Counted from the first letter of the stretch, positions 25,462 to 36,164 are shown. The stretch is DNA of 64,000 nt from Minisyncoccota bacterium (GCA_028706715.1 JAQTVQ010000002.1:3510-67509), one strand, 5' to 3'. The notes: generated by a model not told the origin, from the sequence alone. Program-made: numbers and translations.

Positions 25462-27180
25462 ATGTCAGAAGAAATCAGGGACCTCTTCCAAAGAGAAAAT
25501 ATAAAAACAATGAAAAAGGATTTGAGAAGCCTTGCGGAGTCGGAGACCCAAGAAAAAAAAGAGCAATTTTTAGGTTTGCCCCAAAAAGAAAAGGCGGCCG
25601 TTCCGACTCCTCCTGCTCCTCCTGCTCCTTTGGCGAAGGAAAACAAAAAGCCCCAAGTTCCGACTCCTCCCGCATTCAACAAGAAAGAGGATCTTCCAAA
25701 AAACGACCCGGAAGAAAGGCTGGCGGAAAAATTCGCCCAAATCAAAAAAGACCAAGAAGAAAAAGCAAAGATGATTGAAGAAAGGCAAACAAAAGACGTG
25801 GAAGAAACGGAAAAGGCGGAAAAGAAAATTACGGACGAAGAGAAAAGAAGACAGGAAGACCAAAAAGCCGAACAGAAAAAGAAAGAAGAAGAAAAAAAAG
25901 AAAAAGAAAGGCTAGACAGCGCGATCTCTTCCGCCCAAGAAAAAATTATTCAAACGGCAAACGTTCCTCCTTCGGAGAGGACTCTTTCCTCTGAAAAAAA
26001 TTCTTCTTCCTCCGCCGGCTCCGATCGGCCCGCTTCTTTTGAAGACAAATATAAAGAAGAAATAACGGAAGCTCCGAAGCTTCCGGACAAAAAAGGAGCT
26101 CCATTCTTTAGCTCTCCCGAAACAGAAAGCAAAAAAGAAGAGCCCCTTCCGGCCGCCAAAAATCCCCAAGAGCCTGTAAAAAGACCGTTAGACATTTCGG
26201 ACAAAAAAGCTTCAACTGAATTTAAGGCGCCGTTTCCTGCTCAAGAAGAGAAGAAAACGGAAGAAAAAGAAGACAGCCCCCATCAAGAACAAGACCGGGC
26301 AAAGGATAAAAGCGCCGAACCCGTTGGTGAAAAAGAAAGGATTAAGGCGCTGGAAGAAAAAGAAAAAGAAATAGACAAAGCTTTGGAGGAAAACGGCCAA
26401 AAGAAAATACCAATAAGCTTGCAGTCGGAAAAAATATCCAAAGAAATTGAAAAAATCAAGCAATCCCAGCTGCAGGGGATTTTAGCCGAAGAGAAAGAGA
26501 TAGAAGAAAGGGTGAAAGAACTGGAAGAGAGGGAAAAAACCGCTTCCTCGGCAGAAGAAAAAAGAAAAACCGAGACAGAACGGCAAGAATCTGAAAAAGC
26601 TAGAGAAGAAATTGAAGAGAAGAAATACCAAATTGAAGACAGCATTGCGAGCATGGAGTCCCAATTAAACGAATGCAAAAAAAATTCTTCTTTCATATTG
26701 GAGAGAGAGAAAAAACTGCTCAAAGAAAAAGAAAATATAAAAAACCAAAAAGAAGCCGTCGGGCTTCTGAAAAAGAAAGGAGAGCTGGAAAAATCTTTAG
26801 AGGAGCTTAGCGAAAAGACAGACTCTTTGAAAAAGAATCTTTCTTTGCTTCTAAGAGAAAAAGAAGAAAAGGAAAAGGCCTTGGAAGAAGCCGTTGAGGA
26901 AGAAGAGATTGTTGAAAGCAACCTCCGTCAAGTTGAACAGCAAGAAGAAAAAGAAAAAGACCAGGCTCTTTTAAGGAAAATAGAAGCTCAAAGAAAAGAA
27001 TTGTCTGAAAAAAGAAAAGAGAAAGAAAAAGCAAGATGGATGCTGGAAGACGAAAAAGGGGAGATAGAAAAAAAAGAAAAAGAAATTAAAAAAGAATATC
27101 AAAGAGCGGCCAAAAAAATAGAAGAAGAATCAAAAGAGATGAAGATAATTGAAGAAAAAACGAAATTTATCAATGGCTAA
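25462..27180 (+). CDS. Glu/Lys-rich low-complexity coiled-coil protein with an N-terminal Pro-rich repeat
   Basis: TPPAPPAPL / VPTPPAFN repeats, followed by ~450 aa of EK-rich heptad-like sequence. Confidence 0.4.
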   Translation: MSEEIRDLFQRENIKTMKKDLRSLAESETQEKKEQFLGLPQKEKAAVPTPPAPPAPLAKENKKPQVPTPPAFNKKEDLPKNDPEERLAEKFAQIKKDQEEKAKMIEERQTKDVEETEKAEKKITDEEKRRQEDQKAEQKKKEEEKKEKERLDSAISSAQEKIIQTANVPPSERTLSSEKNSSSSAGSDRPASFEDKYKEEITEAPKLPDKKGAPFFSSPETESKKEEPLPAAKNPQEPVKRPLDISDKKASTEFKAPFPAQEEKKTEEKEDSPHQEQDRAKDKSAEPVGEKERIKALEEKEKEIDKALEENGQKKIPISLQSEKISKEIEKIKQSQLQGILAEEKEIEERVKELEEREKTASSAEEKRKTETERQESEKAREEIEEKKYQIEDSIASMESQLNECKKNSSFILEREKKLLKEKENIKNQKEAVGLLKKKGELEKSLEELSEKTDSLKKNLSLLLREKEEKEKALEEAVEEEEIVESNLRQVEQQEEKEKDQALLRKIEAQRKELSEKRKEKEKARWMLEDEKGEIEKKEKEIKKEYQRAAKKIEEESKEMKIIEEKTKFING

Positions 27181-27305
27181 ACATTCTTTCTTCGCAAAAA
27201 TTTTAATCCGATTCTTAATTTTAATAATTTTGGGGGCGATGGCAGCGACGGCAATATTTTTATTTTAAAAGTCCGAGCCGGCATCCTGCCCGAAAACAAA
27301 AAATA

Positions 27306-27662
27306 ATGGAAAAAGAATTTTTAAAAAAGATACAGGAATCTCTTGAGCAAAGAAAAGAAACCATAAGAAAAGAGTTAGGCGGCTTTGCCAATGAAAGCCC
27401 TGAAACCAAGAAAGATTGGAACGCCCGATATCCCCAATTTGAGGGGAGCGGCTTGGAAGACGAAGCTGACGAGGTGGAAGAATACGAAAGCCTCCTTTCC
27501 ATTGAAAAAACCTTGGAAAAAAAACTTAAAGACATTGATGCGGCCTTGGAAAAAATACAAAAAAACAGCTACGGATTATGCGAAAAATGCGGAAAAGAAA
27601 TATCCAAAGAAAGGCTGGAAGTTTGTCCGGAAGCCAAATGGTGTTCTGATTGCATCCAATAA
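27306..27662 (+). CDS. DksA/TraR-family C4 zinc-finger protein
   Basis: C-terminal CEKCGKEI...CPEAKWCSDC. Confidence 0.55.
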   Translation: MEKEFLKKIQESLEQRKETIRKELGGFANESPETKKDWNARYPQFEGSGLEDEADEVEEYESLLSIEKTLEKKLKDIDAALEKIQKNSYGLCEKCGKEISKERLEVCPEAKWCSDCIQ

Positions 27663-27716
27663 CTTTCTGCCGACAGACAAGGCTTAGAAATTAAAAATTA
27701 GAAATTTTTAATAAAA

Positions 27717-29246
27717 GTGCCTGTTAAAATTTTTTCAGCCGCCATAAACGGCCTAGAAGCGCAAATTATTGAAGCGGAGATAGAGGCTTCTTACGGTTTG
27801 CGCTCTTTTAATATAGTAGGGCTGGCCGACAAAACAATCCAGGAATCAAGAGAAAGAATCGGATCCGCCATTAAAAGCTCCGGATTGAAAAGCCCTCTTT
27901 CTCAAGCGGTCAAGCTTTTAGTAAGCCTTGCTCCGGCAGGATTAAAAAAAGAAGGCTCTCTATACGACCTGCCCATAGCTTTAGGATATCTTTTGGCTTC
28001 AAAGCAAGCTTTATTCAAAACTGGCGGGAAAATAATAATAGGAGAGCTTTCTCTCAACGGAACTTTGCGCCCGATCAAAGGAGCGCTTATTATCGCCTCA
28101 AAAGCAAAAGAAAAAGGGTTTGAAGAAATAATCCTTCCTGAATCTAACGCCAAAGAAGCCTCTTTAATAAAAGGAATAAAAACCGTCGGAGTAAAAAGCT
28201 TAAAAGACGCCTTGGCTTATTTGGAAAACCGGCTGAAAATTTCTCCCGCTTCCAATGAGCGCGAAACGGCTGAAATCCGGCCGCCAGACAACTTTGAGGT
28301 AAATATGGATTGGATACAAGGGCAGGAGCTCGCTAAAAGAGCCTTAGAGATAGCGGCTTCAGGCGGACATAATATTTTGATGGAAGGGCCTCCGGGAACG
28401 GGAAAGACGCTTTTAGCCAAAGCCATGGCCTCTATTCTCCCTCCTCTTTCCTTTGAGGAATCATTGGAAGTTACTAAAATTTACAGCGCCAGCGGCCTTC
28501 TCCCTGAAAACAGCTTTATATTAAAAAACCGGCCTTTCCGCTCTCCTCACCATACTGCTTCAGGAGCTTCTTTAATCGGAGGAGGGAATCCTTTGTCCGC
28601 CGGAGAAATAACCTTGGCTCATCGCGGCATTTTATTTTTGGACGAATTTCCTGAATTCCATCGGGACGTTTTGGAAAGCCTTCGTCAACCCATGGAAGAA
28701 GGAACAGTTTCCATCTTGCGGTCCAGCGGCCGAGCCTCCCTTCCGGCCCGCTTCACTTTAGTGGCCGCCGCCAACCCCTGTCCTTGCGGAAACTTTGGAG
28801 ACCCTGAAAAAGAATGCTCTTGTCTTCCCGGACAAATTCTAAGATATCGCCGAAAGCTTTGCGGCCCGATAATGGATCGGATAGATTTATTTATCAAAGT
28901 CCCCCAAATAAAATTTGAAAGGCTGACAGCCCAAGAGAACAGGGGACAAAGCGAAAAGATAAAAGAAAAGGTGATTGAAGCCAGAGCCGTCCAAGAAGAA
29001 AGGCTCAAAAATATCCCCAAATCTTTTACAAACAGCGAGATGGCCGGGCCTCAAATAGAAAAATTCTGCAAGATAAGCGACAGCTCAAAGCAAATATTAA
29101 AAAAAGCGGTTGATTCAGGAACCCTTTCAGCCCGAGGCTTTCACAAGATTTTGAAAGTATCCCGCACCATAGCCGATTTGGAAAAATCAGAAGAAATAAA
29201 AAACTCCCACGTAATGGAAGCTTTGATGTACCGAAAGAAAGACTAA
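27717..29246 (+). CDS. comM: YifB/ComM-family Mg-chelatase-like AAA+ ATPase
   Basis: N-terminal Lon-like domain, Walker A GPPGTGKT, family-typical length of 509 aa. Confidence 0.85.
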   Translation: MPVKIFSAAINGLEAQIIEAEIEASYGLRSFNIVGLADKTIQESRERIGSAIKSSGLKSPLSQAVKLLVSLAPAGLKKEGSLYDLPIALGYLLASKQALFKTGGKIIIGELSLNGTLRPIKGALIIASKAKEKGFEEIILPESNAKEASLIKGIKTVGVKSLKDALAYLENRLKISPASNERETAEIRPPDNFEVNMDWIQGQELAKRALEIAASGGHNILMEGPPGTGKTLLAKAMASILPPLSFEESLEVTKIYSASGLLPENSFILKNRPFRSPHHTASGASLIGGGNPLSAGEITLAHRGILFLDEFPEFHRDVLESLRQPMEEGTVSILRSSGRASLPARFTLVAAANPCPCGNFGDPEKECSCLPGQILRYRRKLCGPIMDRIDLFIKVPQIKFERLTAQENRGQSEKIKEKVIEARAVQEERLKNIPKSFTNSEMAGPQIEKFCKISDSSKQILKKAVDSGTLSARGFHKILKVSRTIADLEKSEEIKNSHVMEALMYRKKD

Positions 29247-29251
29247 AAATT

Positions 29252-30250
29252 CTATTTCTTAAAAGAGAGCAAGGCTCCAAGCCTGTATTTGGCAAGAGGA
29301 TTGGCAGTCCCGCGGACATCAAAATGCAAATGGCATCCGGTTACGCCGATTACTCTGCCCGTATTACCGATATAACCGATGAGCTGGCCCTGGGAAACGG
29401 TTTCGCCGGCGGAAACCAAGACTTTGGACAAATGGGCATAAATAGTAACGACCCCGTTGGGATGGAGAATATTGGTATAAATTCCCAAAGGCCACTGGTT
29501 GGCAGATATTTGCACTTTCCCTCCCGCAGAAGCAAAAACGGGAGTGCCGCACTGGTTTGCAATATCAACAGCATTGTAAAAATGAAGCCTTTGGCTGATC
29601 GTTCCCGTTGTCGGGATGATAAAATATCCTTCCGGCAAGACATTCCCGGCGCTTTGAGCCAAGATCGGAGTGCTGGCCGCGGTAGGAGAAGACACTTTCC
29701 CTCCGGGAACGATAATCATATCTCCAATAATCAATTTTGAGCCTTCTTCCATTTGATTAAAGGCTATAATTTGATCTTGCTGGGCTTTGTAAGTTTTAGC
29801 TATTCCAGAAACAGTATCTTTCTCTTTAACAATATGCATTACTCCGGAAACGGGAAGAATAATCAATTTTTGCCCGGCTTTGATAAATGAGCCCTTTTTT
29901 AAATTATTGGCCCAAAGGACAGTTTCCGTGCTGATTTTAAATTTCTCCGCAATTCCCGCTAAAGTGTCTCCTTCTTTTACGGTATATTGGATAATGTCTT
30001 TTTCTTCTTTTTCTGCTTGAGCTTCTTCCCCAAAATCAGATATGCTCGCCAGCGATTGAGGCTTCACAAAAACGGGAGAGGGCACTCCTTTGAGAATAGA
30101 CCTCTCTAGAATAGTTAAATTTTGGACAGAGTCAACTGTATTTTGAGCATTTAAGAGGACGCAAGAAGCCGATTTTTCTTCTCCGCCGCTTTCCGCGCAA
30201 TGATTCTTATTGTCGGCCGCTGCCAAGCTGAAAACGGCCAAAATCCCCAA
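29252..30250 (-). CDS. LysM-domain M23 family metallopeptidase
   Basis: Two LysM repeats (YTVKEGDTLAGIAEKF ..., HIVKEKDTVSGIAKTY) and the M23 motif GCHLHFDVR. Confidence 0.8.
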   Translation of the reverse strand: MGILAVFSLAAADNKNHCAESGGEEKSASCVLLNAQNTVDSVQNLTILERSILKGVPSPVFVKPQSLASISDFGEEAQAEKEEKDIIQYTVKEGDTLAGIAEKFKISTETVLWANNLKKGSFIKAGQKLIILPVSGVMHIVKEKDTVSGIAKTYKAQQDQIIAFNQMEEGSKLIIGDMIIVPGGKVSSPTAASTPILAQSAGNVLPEGYFIIPTTGTISQRLHFYNAVDIANQCGTPVFASAGGKVQISANQWPLGIYTNILHPNGVVTIYAHLSKVLVSAGETVSQGQLIGYIGNTGRVIGVTGCHLHFDVRGTANPLAKYRLGALLSFKK

Positions 30251-30371
30251 AAAACAAAAAAGAAGGCTTCTTTTGCTTATGCCGTCTTTCGTTCCTCTTA
30301 AAATCAGACTCTTTAATAAAAATTGGATATATTTAGAAATACGCTATATAATTTAATAGTTTCAACTTCAA

Positions 30372-31211
30372 ATGTCAAGCCAATTATCCACAATTAAACA
30401 AACCAAGGATCTTTTGGAAAAATACGGCCTAAGCCCCAAAAAAAGCTTCGGGCAGAATTTCTTGGTAAGAAAAGAAGAAGTTAAAAACCTGATTAATGCC
30501 GGAGAAATAAAAAAAACCGACATTGTTTTGGAAATCGGTCCGGGCATCGGAATTTTGACCAAAGAGCTGGCTAAATCAGCCCGAAAAGTAATTGCCGTAG
30601 AGAAAGATTTCCAAATGGCTAAAATCCTTGAAGAAGAGCTTTCCCTCTTGAAGATCGGCAATGTAGAAATAGTCCGAAAAGATATTTTGGATTACTTGAA
30701 AGAAGACGGTTTAAAGCTAAAAGAATATAAAGCGGCGGGAAATATTCCTTTTTACCTGACGGCTCATTTGATCAGGCTTCTTTTAGAATCTCCCAATCCT
30801 CCAAAAAATATGGCTTTCGTCCTGCAAAAAGAAGTGGGACAGCGCATTGCCAGCCTTCCGCCAAAAATGAGCCTTCTTTCGGCTTCGGTCCAATTTTACG
30901 CCAGCCCCCGATTGTGCGGATATATTAAAAAATCTTCCTTTTGGCCCTCCCCAGCGGTTGATGCGGCAATTATTAAAATCTCCCCGAAGCCCCTTGATCC
31001 AAATGTAAATCGCGATCTTTTTTTTAAAATTTTAAAAGCCGGCTTTTCCCAGCCGCGGAAGCAAATCGCCAACAACTTATCAATTTCTTTAAAAGCTGAT
31101 AAAATAGAAATCAATAACTGGCTTTTAAAAAATAACATCCAGCCTTCCCAAAGAGCAGAAACATTATCAATAGGGGATTGGATAAATTTAACAAAAACTT
31201 TCAATGATTAA
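30372..31211 (+). CDS. rsmA: 16S rRNA (adenine1518/1519-N6)-dimethyltransferase
   Basis: KKSFGQNFLV...LEIGPGIGILT. Confidence 0.85.
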   Translation: MSSQLSTIKQTKDLLEKYGLSPKKSFGQNFLVRKEEVKNLINAGEIKKTDIVLEIGPGIGILTKELAKSARKVIAVEKDFQMAKILEEELSLLKIGNVEIVRKDILDYLKEDGLKLKEYKAAGNIPFYLTAHLIRLLLESPNPPKNMAFVLQKEVGQRIASLPPKMSLLSASVQFYASPRLCGYIKKSSFWPSPAVDAAIIKISPKPLDPNVNRDLFFKILKAGFSQPRKQIANNLSISLKADKIEINNWLLKNNIQPSQRAETLSIGDWINLTKTFND

Positions 31212-33381
31212 AAAAACGGACAAGATTCTCTTTTTCTCTGCCGTTGTTTTTATCTCTTTGTTTTTTTCCGCTTCTTTTTGCTCGGCGGCTTTTGATTTGG
31301 CCACTCCCATAATTATCGGTTTTTTGCAAATTGCCTGCCAAATTGTCCTTTTTTTGACTTCAGGGATTTTAGGCCTGGCTGGAGGCTTTTTAGAAATAAT
31401 GGCCAGCCCGCAGTTTATCGCCGCCAAATTCACCAGCAACGAATTTGTGGCGCTGGGAACGAATATCACGCTAGGGTTTGCCAATATCGTCATCCTTTTG
31501 TCTCTTTTGGCCATAGGAATCGGCACGGCTTTAAGGCTGGACAAGTTTGACGCCAGGAAAAATTTTTCCAGTTTATTGATCGTTATTTTCTTGATTAATT
31601 TTTTTGCTCCTCTTTTTTGCGGATTGATTATAGACGCTTCCAATATTGTAATGAATTTTTTTATCGGTAGCGGATTTTCAGCTTCCAAGGTTCTTTCAAA
31701 CGCCTTGGCCGCCCAAGGAAATAATCTAGCATCTCACGCCAACGGACTTGCCACGATAGTTGAGCTTTTGAATCTAAAATTTCTGATGCAGACTGTCATT
31801 ATGATTGTTTTTAACCTCTCTTTAGCTATTGTCCTCTTTCTTTTCGGCCTTCTTTTCGTTATGAGATACGCCGCGCTTTGGACACTGGTCATCCTTTCTC
31901 CTTTGGCTTTTTCTTGTTATATCCTCCCTTCCACTAGAAAGATATTCAACACTTGGATGAATCAATTCGTCAACTGGTGTTTTGTGGGAGCTATTGCTTC
32001 TTTCTTTCTTTATTTGGGCCAGCAATTAATAGGCCTTATCTCTCAAGGAAACTTGGTGCTGGTTCCTCCCGGCCAAAGCTCAAACTGGTATGGGATGGAG
32101 AGCGTAATGCCATACATAGTGGCAATTATCTTCTTATTCATAGGCTTCTTCTTCTCTCTAAGCTCAAGCGCCATGGGCTCGGGAGCCGTAATCGGATACG
32201 CGCAGGGACAAACTAAAAAACTCGGTAATTGGGGCGCGAGAAGATTTATCAAAGCTCCCGCTAAAGAAGGAGGAAAGGATGCGGTAAGATCAAGGGCGAC
32301 AGAAAAAGTCGCGAAAGGAATTTCCTCTCTCGGCTCAAGCCTTTCTCCTTCTTGGGGAGAAGGAGAAAAAGGAGTCAGCGGCTGGGCGAAAAGACAAGCC
32401 GCAAAAGGCTTGGGCGTTCCGGGAAGAGCTCTCGGAGGAGCGGGAGCGGCCTTGTCTATGGAAAGAGACAAGCAGATAGGAGAGATAACCAAAAAAGCCG
32501 AAGAGATGAAAACCAAAGAGCTGAAAGGAGCTTTAAAGGGAGGCTCTCTCGGAGAAAAAGGATCTTTAAAAAACGGCTTGATCGTGGCGTCTTTCCTTAC
32601 GGATAAAGACGAAGGAAAGAACAAAGAAGCAAGAGAGAAAATAAAAGTTATGAACAAGGGAGAGATTGAAGCTATGGTTAGGGCTCTTTTGAAAGAAGGA
32701 AAGAACAAAGAGGCTGACGCAATGGGAAGAATATCTCTTCTTATGAAAAAGACTAAAGATTTAAAAGAAATAGGATTTAAGGAATTAAGCCCCGAAGAAA
32801 GAGAAAAAAACAAAGAATGGAAAAATAAATGGAGCGGCCATGCCGACAGACTGATAGACACCGCCGACATTGATACTATTAAAAAATACGGCGGAGACAT
32901 TTCAGAGTCCGAAGAGATGATGGCCTCCGCCGCCAGGCTCTGGGGACAGGGGAAAGTTAAGGCTGCAGCGGAACAATTTGAAGACAAATTTATTAAAAAA
33001 TACTGCGAAGCGGCAGACAACATAGGCTTTAAAGAAATGCTGAAAGAAAATCCCGGAGCCGTAATGTTCAGGATAAGCAGCGCCGCGCAGGATGCCGGAT
33101 TTACCCCTCCTGTCAACAATGAAGGAAAATTGATTATGAAAAAAGAAGAAGTGCAAGCGATAAGAAGAGAGATCAAAACTCAAACAGGCTCTTTTGGATT
33201 GGCCGGACCGCACGGCGAGCCGATCAGCCAATTTAAAAAATTTCAAAGCTCGTTAAAAGACGCACAGAGAGACTTGGAAAAAGAAGTAAAAAAAACGGAA
33301 GAAAAAAAAGAAAGACGGAATCCTCCAAGAGGGACGGAAACCGGACCGAAAAGAAGCGACAAGCGGCCTCCGGGGACATAA
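31204..33381 (+). CDS. Large polytopic membrane protein with a ~400-aa charged/Gly-rich C-terminal tail; possibly VirB6/TrbL-like
   Basis: Signal peptide plus at least 6 TM helices in the first ~330 aa, then a hydrophilic K/E/G-rich tail. It sits in the T4SS-like cluster. Confidence 0.35.
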   Translation: MIKKTDKILFFSAVVFISLFFSASFCSAAFDLATPIIIGFLQIACQIVLFLTSGILGLAGGFLEIMASPQFIAAKFTSNEFVALGTNITLGFANIVILLSLLAIGIGTALRLDKFDARKNFSSLLIVIFLINFFAPLFCGLIIDASNIVMNFFIGSGFSASKVLSNALAAQGNNLASHANGLATIVELLNLKFLMQTVIMIVFNLSLAIVLFLFGLLFVMRYAALWTLVILSPLAFSCYILPSTRKIFNTWMNQFVNWCFVGAIASFFLYLGQQLIGLISQGNLVLVPPGQSSNWYGMESVMPYIVAIIFLFIGFFFSLSSSAMGSGAVIGYAQGQTKKLGNWGARRFIKAPAKEGGKDAVRSRATEKVAKGISSLGSSLSPSWGEGEKGVSGWAKRQAAKGLGVPGRALGGAGAALSMERDKQIGEITKKAEEMKTKELKGALKGGSLGEKGSLKNGLIVASFLTDKDEGKNKEAREKIKVMNKGEIEAMVRALLKEGKNKEADAMGRISLLMKKTKDLKEIGFKELSPEEREKNKEWKNKWSGHADRLIDTADIDTIKKYGGDISESEEMMASAARLWGQGKVKAAAEQFEDKFIKKYCEAADNIGFKEMLKENPGAVMFRISSAAQDAGFTPPVNNEGKLIMKKEEVQAIRREIKTQTGSFGLAGPHGEPISQFKKFQSSLKDAQRDLEKEVKKTEEKKERRNPPRGTETGPKRSDKRPPGT

Positions 33382-33415
33382 AAAAAGAAACTGAAAATTC
33401 AGTTTCTTTTTTGTT

Positions 33416-34384
33416 TTATTTGCTCTTTTTCTTTTCTGAAGCTGAAGACACCACTCTTTCAACCATTTGAGACAATCCCGGAACGACCGTCAAGCTGGCA
33501 GAAAGAGGACTTTTTTCCGCGGCCTCAAACATTCGGATAAACTTTCCGTCCTCTCCATGTTTCAGTATTGTATCATACACCTTCTCAATTCTTCCTGCTT
33601 CGGCTTCGGCCAATGCGGAAATGCCGGCGGCTTCATGTTCTTTGGTTCTTTTCGTTAATGTCACTTCCCGATATGAAGCCGGGGGATCAATTTCCTTTGA
33701 TTGCAGAGACTTGACGTCTACCCCATACTCCTTAAACTGCTCAAAAAATTTGCGCTGGGATAAAATTTCCATAAAGGTTTTGTCCAGCTCAAATTTTTTT
33801 TGATCATTTTCTCCTACCATCTCTTCATAGGAATATTCTCCTATGATGTCTTTAATCGCCGGGCCGGCTTTTACGATCGTTAATTCTAGGGAATTTTCTG
33901 CATTAAAGAGCCATTTGTAAACGTTTGACGGAGCGGCAGTCATTATCATTGTAAAATCCAAGGGGACTGAATTTTTATCTTCAGCCTCTTGGATCTTGAA
34001 AGCATAATAGTCGTCTTCAAGAAGGACATAGTCTTGCCATCTTTCTTCGTGAATTTCTATGTTCCCTTCATTGTCCAAAGTAGCCCATCTGAATTTATGG
34101 GCATATATTTTATCAAACGGATAAAATCCTACCCATCGCAAGCCTCCGAAGAAATCCCAAAAGCTTCTTTGTTCTCCTTCTACAACATTCCACTCCAAAT
34201 CAAAAGTTCTTCCTCTCCATGACATCAAGCACTTCTTAAACTTTTTTCCTCTGACGACCACTTTTGCCGTTCCTTCGTCAACAAAGGTAAAACAAATGTT
34301 ATTCGGCGCCAGATAGAACCAAATAAGACAGATAAAGAAAAAAAATATCGCAGCCAATAAGAGCAAAAATATTATTAAATCCAT
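33416..34384 (-). CDS. Membrane-anchored SPFH/band-7-like protein
   Basis: N-terminal TM helix, then a region that resembles SPFH (GVDVKSLQSKEIDPP ... AEAEAGRIEKV). Confidence 0.4.
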   Translation of the reverse strand: MDLIIFLLLLAAIFFFFICLIWFYLAPNNICFTFVDEGTAKVVVRGKKFKKCLMSWRGRTFDLEWNVVEGEQRSFWDFFGGLRWVGFYPFDKIYAHKFRWATLDNEGNIEIHEERWQDYVLLEDDYYAFKIQEAEDKNSVPLDFTMIMTAAPSNVYKWLFNAENSLELTIVKAGPAIKDIIGEYSYEEMVGENDQKKFELDKTFMEILSQRKFFEQFKEYGVDVKSLQSKEIDPPASYREVTLTKRTKEHEAAGISALAEAEAGRIEKVYDTILKHGEDGKFIRMFEAAEKSPLSASLTVVPGLSQMVERVVSSASEKKKSK

Positions 34385-34620
34385 ATTTTTCTTTTAAAAG
34401 ACCTTTTCAGCCCAGGCATAGCCCTCGGCTGGAAAAATAATCTTTTAAAGATTAATTACAGCCTTGGGTTGTCCAAGCTTTATTTCTTTTTTATAAAACA
34501 ATTTTGACATATTGTCAAATATTTTTTCCCGAAAAATTTATCGCGTCTTATTGCTTCTCTTTTTAGAACAGGGGAAAAGTTTGCTTTTGCCAAAAATTTT
34601 TTTATGTTAAAATATCTTAT

Positions 34621-35091
34621 ATGTTAAAAGAAATTTCCGAAAAGCAATTTTGGGAAACATACAAATCTCTGCCGGAAGAGCTTCAAGAAGCGATTTTTTC
34701 CGAAAAAACGGCTGAGATAATTTTTAATATATGTACGGATAACGAGATAGAAGACCTTCGTATTTCTAAAATTGCGAAATGCGTAGGAAGGACTCTTCTT
34801 GGCTTTCTCCCTCCGGAACAGCTGCAGCCCACTTTAGAATTGGATTTGGATATTGCTTCCAAGACGGCTGAAAATATCTGCCAAGCCATATACTCTTCAA
34901 TTTTAGAGCCGGTCAGAGCACAATTAACAAAACTGTATCTTACAAGCAATAAGAGAAAGGAATCTTCTTTGGAAGAAGGAGCTTCTTCGTCCGTTAAAAA
35001 ACAAACTGAAAAAAAAGAAGAAATTTCTCCGGCCGGCGGCGCCAAAGAAAAGGAAAAGTCTTTTGATTCTTACCGTGAATCCATAAATTAA
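34621..35091 (+). CDS. Acidic hypothetical protein
   Basis: ORF only; no motif recognised. Confidence 0.3.
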   Translation: MLKEISEKQFWETYKSLPEELQEAIFSEKTAEIIFNICTDNEIEDLRISKIAKCVGRTLLGFLPPEQLQPTLELDLDIASKTAENICQAIYSSILEPVRAQLTKLYLTSNKRKESSLEEGASSSVKKQTEKKEEISPAGGAKEKEKSFDSYRESIN

Positions 35092-35099
35092 ATTTACAA

Positions 35100-35516
35100 A
35101 TGCAATTTCAAGTTCCTCAATTCATTGAAAAAGAAACAGGTTTTTTAGGGCCTCTGACAATTCGGCAAACCGTTATTTTCTCCGTTGCGGCGGGAGCTGT
35201 TCTTTTTGCATGGATATTTTTCGGCAAATCCAATTTTATGATTTTTTTAATGCTTTCCGTCCTCTTTGTCTCCGGAGCCGCAGCTCTTTCTTTTTTAAAA
35301 GTAAACGGCCTTAACCTAACAATCGTCTTAAAAAACTTCCTGTCTTTTTTTTCAGCTTCCAAGCTTTATCTTTGGCAAAGAAAAGAAATCACCGTTTATT
35401 GCGAAAAAAAGGCTTCCGCCCCGTTGAAGAAAGAACCGGAAAAAGAATCTCCTTTAAAAATCAGCGGAGCAAGCAAAATAAAAGACTTAAATAAAAAAAT
35501 AGAATTTGGAGGATAG
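35100..35516 (+). CDS. PrgI/VirB3-like small membrane protein of the Gram-positive-type T4SS
   Basis: MQFQVPQFIEKETGFLGPLTIRQ followed by two TM helices. Positioned immediately upstream of VirB4. Confidence 0.45.
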   Translation: MQFQVPQFIEKETGFLGPLTIRQTVIFSVAAGAVLFAWIFFGKSNFMIFLMLSVLFVSGAAALSFLKVNGLNLTIVLKNFLSFFSASKLYLWQRKEITVYCEKKASAPLKKEPEKESPLKISGASKIKDLNKKIEFGG

Positions 35517-35519
35517 CTT

Positions 35520-36164
35520 ATGCCAAAATCGTCAACTCAACAATTTTTACCGATAGATCAAATCAGAGAGGGAGTGGCAGTAATGAAAGACAAGTCGCTA
35601 AGGGGAATTTTGCTTGTTTCTTCTTTAAATTTCGCTTTAAAATCAGACGAAGAGCAAACGGCTATAATTTATCAGTTCCAAGATTTTTTAAACTCTTTAG
35701 ACTTTTCCTGCCAAATATTGGCGCAGTCCAGGAAACTTAATATCACCGGGTATCTTGAAAAGCTTAAAGAAATTGAATCAAGGCAAGAAAACGACCTGTT
35801 AAAAACGCAGACCGTTGAATACAGAAAATTTATAGAAAAAATAATCAGCAGCGGATCAATTATGGCTAAAAACTTTTATGTGGTTGTGCCTTATTATCCT
35901 CTGATTGAAATACCGGGAGTGGCCGGAAACGCCGAAAAAAACGCCAAAGCGTCCAAAAAAGACTTAACCGAAGAAAAGTTCCAACGGGGGAAATACCAGC
36001 TTTGGCAAAGAATGGAATATGTCGTTCTAGGATTAAGGCGATGCGGCTTGAGAGCAAGCCCCTTAAGCACTCCCGAGATTATAGAAATTCTTTGGTCTTC
36101 CCATCATCCAAAAGAAGCGGAGTCGGGATACTATCCCGAACTGCCTCCTGAAATGCTGGTTTAA
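35520..36164 (+). CDS. VirB4/TrbE-family ATPase, N-terminal domain, encoded as a separate ORF
   Basis: QQFLPIDQIREGVAVMKDKSLRGILLVSSLNFALKSDEEQTAIIYQFQDFLNSLDF matches the VirB4 N-terminal region. The stop at 36162..36164 is followed 13 nt later by the ATG of the ATPase ORF, in another frame. Confidence 0.55.
   Translation: MPKSSTQQFLPIDQIREGVAVMKDKSLRGILLVSSLNFALKSDEEQTAIIYQFQDFLNSLDFSCQILAQSRKLNITGYLEKLKEIESRQENDLLKTQTVEYRKFIEKIISSGSIMAKNFYVVVPYYPLIEIPGVAGNAEKNAKASKKDLTEEKFQRGKYQLWQRMEYVVLGLRRCGLRASPLSTPEIIEILWSSHHPKEAESGYYPELPPEMLV

Noticed and set aside
26283-26921. 212-aa minus-strand ORF, plus several other 60-100-aa ORFs on both strands within 25462..27180
   Set aside because: Generated by the repetitive GAA/AAG-rich coding sequence of the E/K-rich protein. 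No independent signal.
32043-33176. 377-aa minus-strand ORF
   Set aside because: Antisense to the charged C-terminal tail of the large membrane protein. Low-complexity Ser/Phe/Leu-rich translation. Shadow ORF.
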